Notes under the pieces: generated by a model
What the model was told of the DNA's origin: nothing
The model's input: the letters and a program-made list of their open reading frames with translations, nothing else
Database searches by the model: none
Part shown: in pieces, positions 1-12,050 of the stretch
How the letters are laid out: each line of letters starts with the position of its first letter
Position numbering within the stretch: the stretch's first letter is position 1
Made by a program: the position numbers and the translations under genes
Origin: Octopus sinensis
Lineage: Eukaryota
Direction: 5' to 3'
Assembly: GCF_006345805.1 (NCBI RefSeq)
Contig: NC_043002.1
Span: forward strand, 60,636,001-60,700,000
Length of the DNA: 64,000 bases

Positions 1-946
1 AATTCGCAAGATAGACTTCTGTTTAAAACTTAACAAATCTTACAAGCCATAATAACTTAAGTGGTTGATACACTATAACGGGCCCGAAACAAGGTCATCT
101 AATGGATTATTTGCTCAGTTTGCTAGTATTGGTTCCGTTTACTTTTGTCTGTGTCCATGATCATAGAAGCAACGATAAATAATGTTAGAATATTTTACAT
201 ACAATATTTTTACAGTGTGCTAAGAATATTCTCGGTAGAAAGCGATGTTGTAATAATGTTATAAAATATTGATTCTAGAAAATATATTATATAACAATTT
301 AAATATATCTTTAGTTACATTATTAGATAAAAAGAAAAAGGAAATTCTCTAAGGTGCTAACAAGCTTATTCAAAAGATCCAATCTAGTAGATGGCATTTT
401 GCTATTCATTTATGTTTTTTTGGGGCTTTTATTGTTATCGCTGATATTTCTGCTATGTTCTGGAAAATTTTGAAGTGAAATTCATAAGAATTCTGTCGAA
501 GATCTGACACATTAAGGAAACAATGCAAGAATTTGTGCTAAACAGAAACTTTACAAGGAGCCAATTAACCAAAATACTATAAGTCATCTGAAGTACTTGA
601 CATTTAATGCAGTACGTTGTGACGATCGAAGGAAACCTACTTACGGTTTATAGCTACAGATAAGTGCTTTTGTCACAAATTATTAATTAAAAACTAATGA
701 TCTGTGTAATTCTTTGTCGCAGCCATATTGCTAGCTTTATCTCTGTGGTGTCTCATAATTTCCCATTCCGTCGACTTAACCATTTTTTTTCTTTTTTATA
801 GGATCTAAACACACTTCAAGTTCTCATATATATATATGTAAACGAGTAAAAGAAAGTAAAAGCAAATATATATGTATACACACACATATATGTGTGTGTA
901 TGTGTGAGTATATGTGTATACACACACACACATATATATATATATA

Positions 947-1800
947 TAGGATGGTGTGCTGAAAGTTCTAGGCATTAGGGAATAGAAAATACAAGAGGAT
1001 CAGTTAATTATGATTTTATTTAACGTATTCCCGTCTTGGTCCCAAAGCATTGAAAATAGAATCTTTCCAATTGATTTCTGGGTCCGAAACATCGGAGGTG
1101 AACCGTTGTGCAGCCACTGCATTGATTGGTGCTTGGTCTTGAGGTCATAATGATAAAGCCAAGTTTCATTCATGGTGACAAACGAGCAATAAAATTAACC
1201 TCTCCCGCTGCAAACCGATCCAAAATCGTCTTTGATGTCGCCGCACCGATGTGCTCCTGATCTGAGATCAGGCATTTCGGTACCCATTTTGCGGAAAGCT
1301 TTCTCATGTCTAGAATGTTGTGGATGATGTGGTCAAATCTTTCGCGAGAGTCTCAGCAATGACTTTAACTGAAATCTAGCGTTCCTCAAAAATCGCGGTG
1401 TGCACAGAGTCAGCTTTGTCCTCTACTTCTAGACCGGGGTTCATCTTTGACCTTAAATGACTAGTCCAAATTTATGACATCCAAATTTTCACTTTGGATT
1501 TAAATAGGAAGCCATCCTTCAAGACTTCCTTCATCTCACCTCGCGTTTTCGCCCCCCTTTGTCTTGCAAAATGAGGCACATAATGACAGCCTGTATTTCA
1601 GTTTCGCCAAAATTCATTGTAGCAGCTGTCATCATGCGTTAAATTTGTAAAACAGAGAAAGATATATTGTATACCATTATGACATTTTGCATTTTTTTTT
1701 CTCATAAATATTTGTCCTACCTACCCTATAAAGTGAACATGTAATACATCCACCGTTTCGCGATGCCCTTAAGGCCAGACATATTTTTAGCACCCTGGTA
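947..1800 (-). mobile_element. Mariner-family DNA transposon, internally deleted relic
   Basis: The minus strand translates, with stops and frameshifts, to ...HNILDMRKLSAKWVPKCL...TMNETWLYHYDLKTKHQSMQW...FRTQKSIGKILFSMLWD, then jumps to the C-terminal GEYVK-type end. Imperfect TIRs (tagg..gtgtgctgaaagttctaggc / ggccagacatatttttagcaccctggta) are flanked by TA. Confidence 0.85.
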
Positions 1801-1807
1801 TATATAT

Positions 1808-2185
1808 CCTTTTATTCTTTTTACTTAATGTTGTCATTTTGACTGCGACCAGCTCAAGCACAGCATTTAGTCGAACAAATAGATCCCAGGACTCATTCTT
1901 TGTAAGTCTACTACTTATTTTCTCGATCTCTTTTGCCGAACCGCTACCTACGGGGACGTAAACACACCAACATCGGTTGTCAAGCAATGGCAGGAAGACA
2001 AACACAGACACAAATACACATATGTATATACAACGGGTTTCTTCCAGTTTCCATCTACTAAATGCACTCACAAGGCTTTGGTCGGTTCGAAGCGATATTA
2101 GAAGACACTCTCCCAAGGTGCCATGCAGTGAGACTAAACCCAGAATCATGTGGTTGGGAGGCAAGCTTCTTACTTCACAGTCACT
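1808..2185 (-). mobile_element. tRNA/CORE-type SINE (family 1)
   Basis: Matches the well-preserved copy at 44794-45180 across the head, the CCTTGGG core, the internal microsatellite and the 3' module. Confidence 0.8.
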
Positions 2186-2890
2186 TATATATATAAATTA
2201 GCAGTAATTATGACGAGATAATGAGATTTATTTATCCTCAAAATTTATTTCCTCTTATTTTACAATTTGATACAGCAAATTTTCAATGTTTTTACGATGC
2301 GCAACATGTGACAACTGAGGGCGACAATAGGACTCTGCACCATGCTAAACAGGCTCTTCTTAACCCCACCCCACCCAAACTAACCTTCCACACAGTCACT
2401 TAAAATCGAAAATAGCCTTTTACGATAAAATGGTGAAACAGATCAGTCCATCTCAAATTCTTTGTAAACTCCTAAATATTTCTCCTTCTGAATACTCTAA
2501 ATATTTCCTTCTAAATATTTCTCCACCCAAATATGACCTTTTGAAACTTTTAATTTTTTGTGTATATATATATATATAGATACTTCCAAACAAACATGAT
2601 TTTTAATGAAATCCTAATATTTGTTATGAACTTCTTGATATTTTGCTCAAGATCTTTCCTGTAAATTGTTTTTAACATTTTCTTATTATCAAAGAATGTA
2701 CATATGTATTGTAATATTTTGTGACAACCAGTACTTAACACAACAAAGCTCTTACATGTTACTTTTGACAATAATTTTCTAAAATAGTGAAACCGGTCAA
2801 GTGAATAAACATCTTTTAAAAGGGCTTTTTTTCAAACCTTCTTTCATATATAATTCCACTCGTGCGGTACCTTACGACTTCACTTTGTTG

Positions 2891-2955
<65 letters not shown>

Positions 2956-2958
<3 letters not shown>

Positions 2959-4232
2959 TTCTTGCTTGTTTCAGCTTAGAGCTGCGGCCATGCTGATGCA
3001 CCGCCGTTTTGTGCTACACTGTAATTACGAAGAACCTCCTCTAATATGTGGCACTTGGTGAAGAATGGAGTTTGACATAGCTACTCTCATTTGCACCTCT
3101 TGCCGTGAGGTAGGTTCATCTGGGACTCTCGACAGGAAGATGTCCAGCTTTGATTTAAAAACCGCTACATCTACTTTCTGCAAGTTCCTCAGACTCTTTT
3201 GGAGAATATTAAAAAGCTGTGGGCCCTTGAAACCCAGGCAGTTGCAGAAGCTGGTCCTGAAGCGTGATGGCATTGCTGGGATCTTTGGCACTATGCAGTG
3301 TCGTCCCGTTCTAGCACTGGTGTAGCTTACAATGCCAAAATTTGGCACAATTCCTTCCAGGATCTTCCAGACATATATTACTGCATACCTTTTCCGTCTT
3401 CTCTCCAGGGAGTAGAGTCTTAGCTGTTTCAACCTTTCCCAGTAGCATATTATTATCCTCAGCCCATCTGTAGATTGAGTCCAACTCCTGCTGCAGGTGT
3501 GCAACATCACTGGGGTTCTGTATTTTCTGCGAGACTTACGTATCGTCTGCATAGCTTGCCAGAGTGGCTATCCGGGCATTTGAGGGCATATCTGAGAGGG
3601 CCACTATAAAAAGCAGTGGTCCCAAGACAGTGCCCTGTGGAACACCGCTCACTATGTGTGTGTTCATAGAGGTGGCTCCATTAACCACTACTGCCTGACT
3701 CCTATCTTTCAGGAAGTCATGTAACCACACTCCAAGTTTTCCAGCTATGCCGAGGTCACGTGGTTTGTGGCATATCATACCATGATCCACCTTGTCAAAA
3801 GCTTTTGCAAAATCAAGGTAGATTAGGTCCACATTTGATTTGTTGAGTAACTGCCTCAACACCCAGTCATAATGTTGTAAGAGCTGGGTCAGGCACCTCC
3901 TACCTGGTCGAAAACCATGCAGGGTATCACTCAGCAAGTTATTTTCCTCAAGGAATGCGATTAGTTTCTTTCTGACTATCCGTTCCATGACTTTGCTAAT
4001 GTGTGAAGTCAGAGAGATAGGCCTAAAGTTTTTGGCATCTGCTCTACTTCCCCCTTTATGTATTGGGCATATTATTCCCTCCTTCAGCTTGCTTGGCAGT
4101 TTGCCATTCGTAAGAAAACTCTGGAAGAGAATCTTGAGGGATTTGCCAGAGCATGCTTACACGCTTTGAGGAGGATTGCTGGGAAACCATCTGGACCAGC
4201 AGTTGAGTTTGTGTCCGCTTCATCTATGGCTA
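2956..4232 (-). mobile_element. CR1/L2-like LINE, 5'-truncated and frameshifted, with 3' UTR
   Basis: ORFs 4084-4386, 3536-3988 and 3025-3552 contain GPDG, LDFAKAFDKVDH, GVPQGTVLGPLLF, YADDT and LYSLERRR motifs. The 5' end stops in (TA)n. Confidence 0.9.
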
Positions 4233-4240
4233 GTAGGACA

Positions 4241-4309
<69 letters not shown>

Positions 4310-4499
4310 TTTTGGGGGCTAGCCAGACTTGGACAATGTCTCAAGTCTAACCATCCGAACCTGTAAGGATAAGTCGACAACTTCACTGACGAGAGAAGGT
4401 GGCGAATGACTCGTCCTTCTTTTTCATGTTCGTCTATGTATTGTTTATCTGTCCGGATGTTTTATTGTCGTCTGTTGCGTTCTTGTTCCATTTTGGGTA

Positions 4500-4568
<69 letters not shown>

Positions 4569-4640
4569 TATTATTCTATGATTGAACGCCCGGCATCTCT
4601 TCCAAGATATTATTATCTATCTATCTATTTATATATATAT

Positions 4641-4739
<99 letters not shown>

Positions 4740-4856
4740 AATCAAGGAACGGCCATAATAGGCCATTCACCCACTAGAAATAACAGCCAAAGCTTCAACC
4801 GCAAAATAACATTAATTCCGTAAACCAGGAGAAAATTAAAAAACATTTACCCTGTA

Positions 4857-4963
4857 ATTTCTTATACGATGCACCGTTTCATCTACTGTTTAATGGTAAA
4901 CTAACCTGATTAAATTAAATTAAGCCAATCTTCCATAGGCCCTTAGATTCGTCAGTAAGAAAT
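4857..4963 (-). ncRNA. Type I hammerhead ribozyme (inverted copy)
   Basis: Reverse complement of 5261-5367 with one G>A change in the distal stem II hairpin. The core is intact. Predicted cleavage is between 4865 and 4864. Confidence 0.85.
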
Positions 4964-5260
4964 AGCCAGATCGGAACAGATATTTTCACGAGGCATTTCT
5001 GTCCCTGCCTCGGCAATATCTGACCTAAAATTTTCAAATCATCGCACTCGCGCCAAATTTATCGGCAGCAAATAAATATAAGCCGCCGATTCCATTACGG
5101 AATTAACCAGAAAATTCATAATTAATCAATATAGGGTGGCAAAAAATTTTGTAGAATTTTTTTTTGCCACCAGCGAGTGCGATGATTTGAAAATTTTAGG
5201 TCAGATATTGCCGAGGCAGGGACAGAAATGCCTCGTGAAAATATCTGTTCCGATCTGGCT

Positions 5261-5367
5261 ATTTCTTACTGACGAATCTAAGGGCCTATGGAAGATTGGC
5301 TTGATTTAATTTAATCAGGTTAGTTTACCATTAAACAGTAGATGAAACGGTGCATCGTATAAGAAAT
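5261..5367 (+). ncRNA. Type I hammerhead ribozyme with extended stem II
   Basis: Stem I ATTTCTTA (5261-68) / TAAGAAAT (5360-67); CTGACGA (5269-75); stem II ATCTA (5276-80) / TAGAT (5339-43); GAAA (5344-47); stem III (A)CG-GTGCAT-CG(T); GUA triplet with cleavage after 5359. Confidence 0.9.
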
Positions 5368-5749
5368 TACAGGGTAAATGTTTTTTTAATTTTCTCCTGG
5401 TTTACGGAATTAATGTTATTTTGCGGTTGAAGCTTTGGCTGTTATTTCTAGTGGGTGAATGGCCTATTATGGCCGTTCCTTGATTGTGATGTTGAACTTA
5501 AAAATGGTCTATGACTATTTAATTTTTTCCCACTAGGCCGCTGGTGGCAAAAAAAATTCTACAAAATTTTTTGCCACCCTATATTGATTAATTATGAATT
5601 TTCTGGTTAATTCCGTAATGGAATCGGCGGCTTATATTTATTTGCTGCCGATAAATTTGGCGCGAGTGCGATGATTTGAAAATTTTAGGTCAGATATTGC
5701 CGAGGCAGGGACAGAAATGCCTCGTGAAAATATCTGTTCCGATCTGGCT

Positions 5750-5856
5750 ATTTCTTACTGACGAATCTAAGGGCCTATGGAAGATTGGCTTGATTTAATT
5801 TAATCAGGTTAGTTTACCATTAAACAGTAGATGAAACGGTGCATCGTATAAGAAAT
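5750..5856 (+). ncRNA. Type I hammerhead ribozyme (second tandem copy)
   Basis: Identical to 5261-5367, shifted by 489 nt. Predicted cleavage is after 5848. Confidence 0.9.
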
Positions 5857-6083
5857 TACAGGGTAAATGTTTTTTTAATTTTCTCCTGGTTTACGGAATT
5901 AATGTTATTTTGCGGTTGAATCTTTGGCTGTTATTTCTAGTGGGTGAATGGCCTATTATGGCCGTTCCTTGATTGTGATGCTGAATTTAAAAATGGTCTA
6001 TGACTACTTAATTTTTTCCCACTAGGCCGCTGGTGGCCAAAAAAATTCTACAAAATTTTTTGCCACCCTATATTAATTAATTA

Positions 6084-6148
<65 letters not shown>

Positions 6149-6159
6149 ACATATATATA

Positions 6160-6269
6160 TACTAGCAGTATCGCCCGGCAGTGCTCGGGTTTGTAAGGGA
6201 AATAACTATATAAGCATTTTTAGAAATGTAAAGTATAATAGCCATCTCAATATGGCTAACCCCAAAGGG

Positions 6270-6271
<2 letters not shown>
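6160..6271 (+). mobile_element. Helitron-like non-autonomous element, terminal fragment
   Basis: Starts (t)actagcagtatcgcccggcagtgctcggg, resembling Helitron/HINE-type termini, and contains a TAGCCAT/ATGGCTA hairpin. Embedded in (TA)n. Confidence 0.45.
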
Positions 6272-6309
<38 letters not shown>

Positions 6310-6684
6310 TAGTGTACATCTAAGACTAAAGAGGCAAGCCATAACAGGTTGACTAATATTCTTGAAACATTCGATGGAAATGAAAAATAAAAACATTTTC
6401 CATGTTTTACATACGTAAAATTATTATGCGTTTATGCATTGGGAGCACTTGAGCGGGAGAGCACCAAAACTATGTATAGCATGTTAATCAGGAGATGTTG
6501 CGCTGTGAATATTTGCCGAAAGTCTGATGCATTGACATTCACCAAACTTCTCGAGAGGATTAGTTCCAATGATCCAATGCACAATCCTCTTAACTCTTAT
6601 TCTCACTTCTGCTGATTAATATGATTAAAATGAGATATTTACAGTCGGTGGTTGCGTTCGGTTTTCACCTTTGGATCAGAAAAC

Positions 6685-6716
6685 ACATATACATACACAT
6701 ACGCACACACATACAG

Positions 6717-6751
<35 letters not shown>

Positions 6752-6759
6752 GCAAAACC

Positions 6760-6816
<57 letters not shown>

Positions 6817-6822
6817 ATATAT

Positions 6823-6885
<63 letters not shown>

Positions 6886-6901
6886 TACATACATACATAC
6901 A

Positions 6902-6935
<34 letters not shown>

Positions 6936-7010
6936 CTTACATACATACATACATATATATACGTCTGTGTGTGTATTAATAAATATATATATATATATAT
7001 ATATTTATCA
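6685..7010. repeat. Compound (CA)n/(TA)n/(TACA)n microsatellite
   Basis: Directly visible. Confidence 0.95.
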
Positions 7011-8029
7011 GCACTAACTCAGGCACACATATTTGTTTGTGTATATATATATACACATACATATTTGTAGATATATGTATAGTTGTATTTTTGTATATAA
7101 ATATATCTATGAATATGTATACGTATGTATGTGTGTTTGTATATGTGTAATCTTTATGAGAATTCATGTAAAGAACAGTATTTTTTTTATTATCTTTGAC
7201 TTTTGTAGGTTTAAGCTATTATAAGCTATTATGAATTTATTAATATCTCTTCGAATTGCTGAAAAAAGACACACGTCGTCTCAGATCTGTGTGTGACATA
7301 TAAATGAGAATCTACTTAGCGATTGATATGAAAATATAGCTTATATTAGCATTTTCAAAATTATAACTTCTATGTCAGGAAACTATAATAACAGCGACTG
7401 TAATGTACACCCAAATTTATGAGACACAGAAACATATGGAAATGGTCCACATATAAATACATACATAATATTCGATTATATCTGTATATCTGTATCTCTC
7501 TTTCGCTATGAATATGTACCGAAACATGGCACCATGAGTTCTTGCCACCTTGTACACGTCATCCCTGTTCCAAGCACTGAATTTCTGCTCTGAAACCTCA
7601 CCAAGCGATCATTAAGCCGTTCCGGTCTCTTTCAACATCGGATCACCTTTATTTCATTTTCCAAATTTAGCAGGAGCCTAACATCTTCTCTGCGTTTCGT
7701 CAATGTTTCCTGTCAGTCAGTGTAAAGTATCTTTTCTCTCAACACGTTTTACGCACACCATGTTTAAGACAATCCTTTACATTCGCTTTTTACTATCAAC
7801 TCTCCATTTTACAAATTCTCAATTTGGCTATAACTGAAATTTCTTAGGCAATGTTCTTTGTGCTGTAAATATTCTTAAATAATTCTGTTCCACTTCTGTC
7901 TACCTTCTCATATATTCCTTCCTACTTCACATATTCCCTCACGTTCAATAGTCCTTTTCGCATTCTATGCTTAAGCTGCAGCGTACTGACATTCCAATTT
8001 CTCTTAACTTGTACATATTTCCCGTGTGG

Positions 8030-8410
8030 ATGTGTGTGGTAAGAAGCTTCATCCCCAACCAAACGGTTCTGGGTTCATCCCCAACCAAACGGTTCTGGCA
8101 CCTTCGGTATTTGTTTTCTTTTGTAACTACGGGCGACAAAATCCTAGTGAGTTGATGTAGTGAACGGAAACTGAAAGACGCCCGTCGTATCTCTCTCTAT
8201 ATATATAGTTTGTGTTTGGCTCCGAACATGACCATTGCTGGTGTTCTTATGTCCACGTATCTTTGCGGTACAGCAAACGGGACCGGTAAAATAAGGTCCA
8301 GGCTTTAGAAAGAAAATGAAGTCACGGAGAAGATTCGCTCGAATAAAATCAATCAAGACGGTGACCCAGCATGGCCGCAGTCTAATGACAAGAAAAAGTC
8401 AACTATAAAA
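8030..8410 (+). mobile_element. Family 1 SINE, diverged, with an internal ~25-bp tandem duplication
   Basis: Contains gtggtaagaagctt...acggaaactgaaagacgcccgtcg...ccagcatggccgcagtc; tcatccccaaccaaacggttctgg occurs twice. Confidence 0.7.
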
Positions 8411-8699
8411 GGTAAAAGAATAACTGTTTGCTGGACATCTTTTGCACAAAACCTATTTTTATACCCTCTGTACAATCATCCCTCAGTTTTACAATATTCT
8501 TTTCCCTTGAGTCATTCTGCTCCTATTGTCTTTGGCTTTTTACGTACTCTTTTGCACCCAGTATTTTTTCTTCGATCTTTTCACCTAATCTATTTGATTT
8601 TTCGATGTATTAGTATTTCACCTAATCTTCTTCTGTGGTATTATTAATTTTTTCTCATATCTTACACCGTTTTCTTCACTGTTTCTCCTTTTTTCAAAT

Positions 8700-9750
8700 G
8701 CTTCCTCTTAACTTTACTCTATTCACATCCCACTCAACTCTTCTCACCCCACAACTAACCACCTGAATCACACATCTTTCTCTATACCAATTCCCTCACA
8801 CAGTTACTCGCACGATTAAATCACCCCGCCTCTTCCTATCTTCGTAACTTCACCCCATAAAATCGGATTCACACACTCGGCCCCTAAATATTTTTCTCTG
8901 TCTTTCTATTTTCTACTCGTGTCTCCACCATCTTTTTCTCCTTTTACTTTACAGCTAAAGAACACTAATATCCGAAACGTCGTTTTTGTAACTGTCCAGG
9001 GGTTATAAGAATATCACCTTCATGGTAACTTGCGTTTTTCTTGATTTAAGATACAAGGCAGAAAATTCGACTTTTCGGTGTTGTGGCCTTCAGTAAATAG
9101 TGGCACATTTGGATCAGGTTTGATTTCAGATAATCACTGGGAAGTCTTTTTACTGACGTAGGTGGACCTATGAGAATTTTTTTTTATTAGATTTGGTGCA
9201 TATACGTCTGCGACCGAGTGGTATAGATGAGGTGATAGAAATTGATGGAAGGCAAGAAAGTTTGTGGGTTGAGGCTGATGGAAAGATATTAAAGAAGCTT
9301 TCATTATTTCAAATCGAAGTTGTGTTATTGTTCAGAATTCGTTTTAGCGTGAGAAATTCTATAATCAGGTGCATGTAGTTCAATTACGTCATATTCAGAT
9401 CACAGATTGTTGGTACAGGAGTTTTGTTACTGTTGTGGTTTAAGGTTCACAAAATATTGAAAGTTGCTGGAAAGTTTAATTGGTAAGCAGCGAGGTGGTT
9501 TCTTTTTGTAAAAATTAAGTTTTGTGGTTTTGTAATATAAAAGTGGCGGACCTTGTTGCATGAAATATTTACTGAAAACTTCGATATACTTTCAATCTTG
9601 CTTAGTTGTCATCAATTTGTATTATTGAAAAACCTGTTATTTCTTACGTTCTTCTTTCCGAAATATAATCATTACTCTTCTATGGTATTCTACTTCATTC
9701 TTCACATAACCTTACATCGGAATAGCAGACGTGTCAGATAATTTTCGTTC
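8700..9750. mobile_element. Possible Penelope-like retroelement relic
   Basis: A C/T-rich tract is followed by a degenerate ctaaaga...ccgaaacgtc motif (8955-8981), a layout similar to 62727-63050. The minus strand near 9520-9560 resembles the PLE RT motif P-R-x-A-T-F-Y-x-L-P-K. Heavily decayed. Confidence 0.3.
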
Positions 9751-10678
9751 TGAAATAGACCTGATTTGTTGAAACCCACGAGCAAAGACATTTCAGCGAT
9801 AAGCATATCACTTCATGTCAAAAAATGAACTAAAATTTGAGTGTTATTCACCTGTTAAATTTTGCTGAATTGTTTTTTTTTTTTCGTTTTATGATGGATT
9901 TCCAAGGCCCTAGCAGCAGAGTTTGAAGCTAATTTAGCTGTTATATCTAGCAGTCTTAATGATTAGTGTGTTCATTTCTACACCTTGCGGTGCGTTCGGT
10001 TCTTCATTAGAACACTTAATTTTGGGTACTTCTACGATCACTTTCACACCTGATGTGTGGCACACTGTGTCCCTGTATTCGCAATATAAATTTGATTGAG
10101 GAAGTGAATTTATGTATAGCATCAACATTTGATCGCTATAAATAACCGTTTATAAGGGCTGTGCAATAAGAAATCACGGAATGACTTTTCATCTACGACA
10201 GTCAAATAGACCATCTAGCAGAAATGTACCATAGTACCAAGTTGATCCTAGACTTAGAATGTGACACACTATCATGTGATATAATAGAAAAGAGATGTGA
10301 AAATAAAAAGCAAATGTTTTCGTGTTACTTGCTTAATGAGTTGAGTCGAGGATAATAAAAAAAAAAATAGCTGGTCCACTTATGACCTGGGAAATCCTTT
10401 TTCATTATACACTATACATTATTCAATCGTTAGCATGCAGGTAAAAATGATTAGTGGTATTTCCACAAATTCTTTATATTCTGAGTTAAAATTTCGCCGA
10501 ATTTTCACTAACCTTTTATTCTTTATACTCGAGAAAATTACCATTTGAGCACTGAGGTCGATATAATTGGCTCGGCTATCCCCACCTAAAATTTCAGGCG
10601 GTGTACGTATAGTAAAAGTATTATACATTACACTTGGTTCCCTATATATAAGTCCATCATTATTAAAGTGTGTGACAA

Positions 10679-10872
10679 GGCGGCAAGCTGGCAGTATCGT
10701 TAGCCCTCTGGTCCAAAATGCTTAGCGGTAGTTCGCCCGTCGCTACGTTCTGAGTTCAATTTCCACAGAGGTCGACTTTGCCTTTCATCCTTTCGGAAAT
10801 TAAGTACCAGTTGAGCACATTCTCTCCCCCAAAATGGCTGCCTTTGTGGTAAGCATTGGAAATAATTATTAA
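10679..10872 (+). mobile_element. tRNA-derived SINE family 2 (Meta-domain-like)
   Basis: ggcggcaagctggcag head, gagttcaatttcc B box, and gactttgcctttcatcctttcgg...aagtaccag core. Confidence 0.75.
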
Positions 10873-11789
10873 AGCCTGTGAGAGATTTCAGGGGGATATT
10901 GTGACTCGAGCGATCATGTAGGATATTTATGATTGGATTGTATGTTGTTTCGCTGCTGTGTTTATCCTCATCGACTAACGCCAAGTCAGAAGTGATCAAG
11001 CAGATTTAAAGCCACATACACACTAAGCGTGACCATCCAGTCTTTCAATATATTAAGGATGCATTGCACATGACTTATGAGAGCTTGAATTATCATGTAA
11101 ACCGGCGAACCTAGAGCCGGCACCTTTATTAGCGTTCATTTCATTGTTGCTGTTGTGTAACTTTAGATCATATGTGGCTGAGTAAAGACTTAACCACCTC
11201 CTCTTTGTTATTCAATTAAGTCTACATAAGCCGTTACAGACTACCATGATCAAGAGAAAGATGTGTAATTCGAAGGGATATAACTTGTTATATATAACAT
11301 TAGAAACTACTACGTGGGGTCTTAATTGTTGGTATTTCCTTGTTACCTTATGTGTTAGTTATCACATCAACAGTGACTGCCGACTCAGTCTTGTTTTATG
11401 GATACCTTCATTGCAGCAAGTCACCTATAGAGAAATAATCACGTTATGTTTCAATGTTTTTTTTGTTTTGTTTTTTCTTTGTGTTGTCTTTGTTTTGTTT
11501 CAACTAGTCTGATTCATATAGTCTAGACAAATATGAATTAAACTATCATTCCTCATAAAAATTCTGATTTACAAAACAAGATGGATAACCTCAATGACGT
11601 ATGTATGAGACATCTACATCAGCAAAGACGAAACAAAAAACAAAAACAATTATAAGAACAAACAAATTGACTATACGTCTAGAATTCTACTGAGAAAAAT
11701 ATATTTGGTATACATGTTCCTATTTAGGAAGTGGATCTGCAATTCTTAAGTATATATGCATAGATACCAACACATTCACAAACACACAG

Positions 11790-11848
11790 TTACACGAACA
11801 GATATATAATATATATATATATATATTATTATATATATATATATTCAT

Positions 11849-11915
<67 letters not shown>

Positions 11916-11928
11916 GTTTATATGTATA

Positions 11929-11966
<38 letters not shown>

Positions 11967-12008
11967 TATATACATGTATATGTGTGTGCATGTCTACATA
12001 TATTATGA

Positions 12009-12050
<42 letters not shown>

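Larger units (their letters stand above)
4735..6088. repeat. 489-bp hammerhead-containing unit: ~1.9 tandem copies (5175-6088, +) plus an inverted partial copy (4735-5174); retrozyme-like
   Basis: gagtgcgatgatttg recurs at 5175 and 5664 (period 489). About 6 substitutions separate the tandem copies. 4735-5050 is the reverse complement of 5175-5490. Both ends lie in (TA)n. Confidence 0.95.

Noticed and set aside
7490-8000. Possible old non-LTR coding remnant on the minus strand
   Set aside because: No diagnostic RT or endonuclease motif could be read reliably.
8955-8981. Hammerhead-like motif ctaaaga...ccgaaacgtc
   Set aside because: The core is mutated (CUAAAGA) and stem II does not pair; at best a dead relic.
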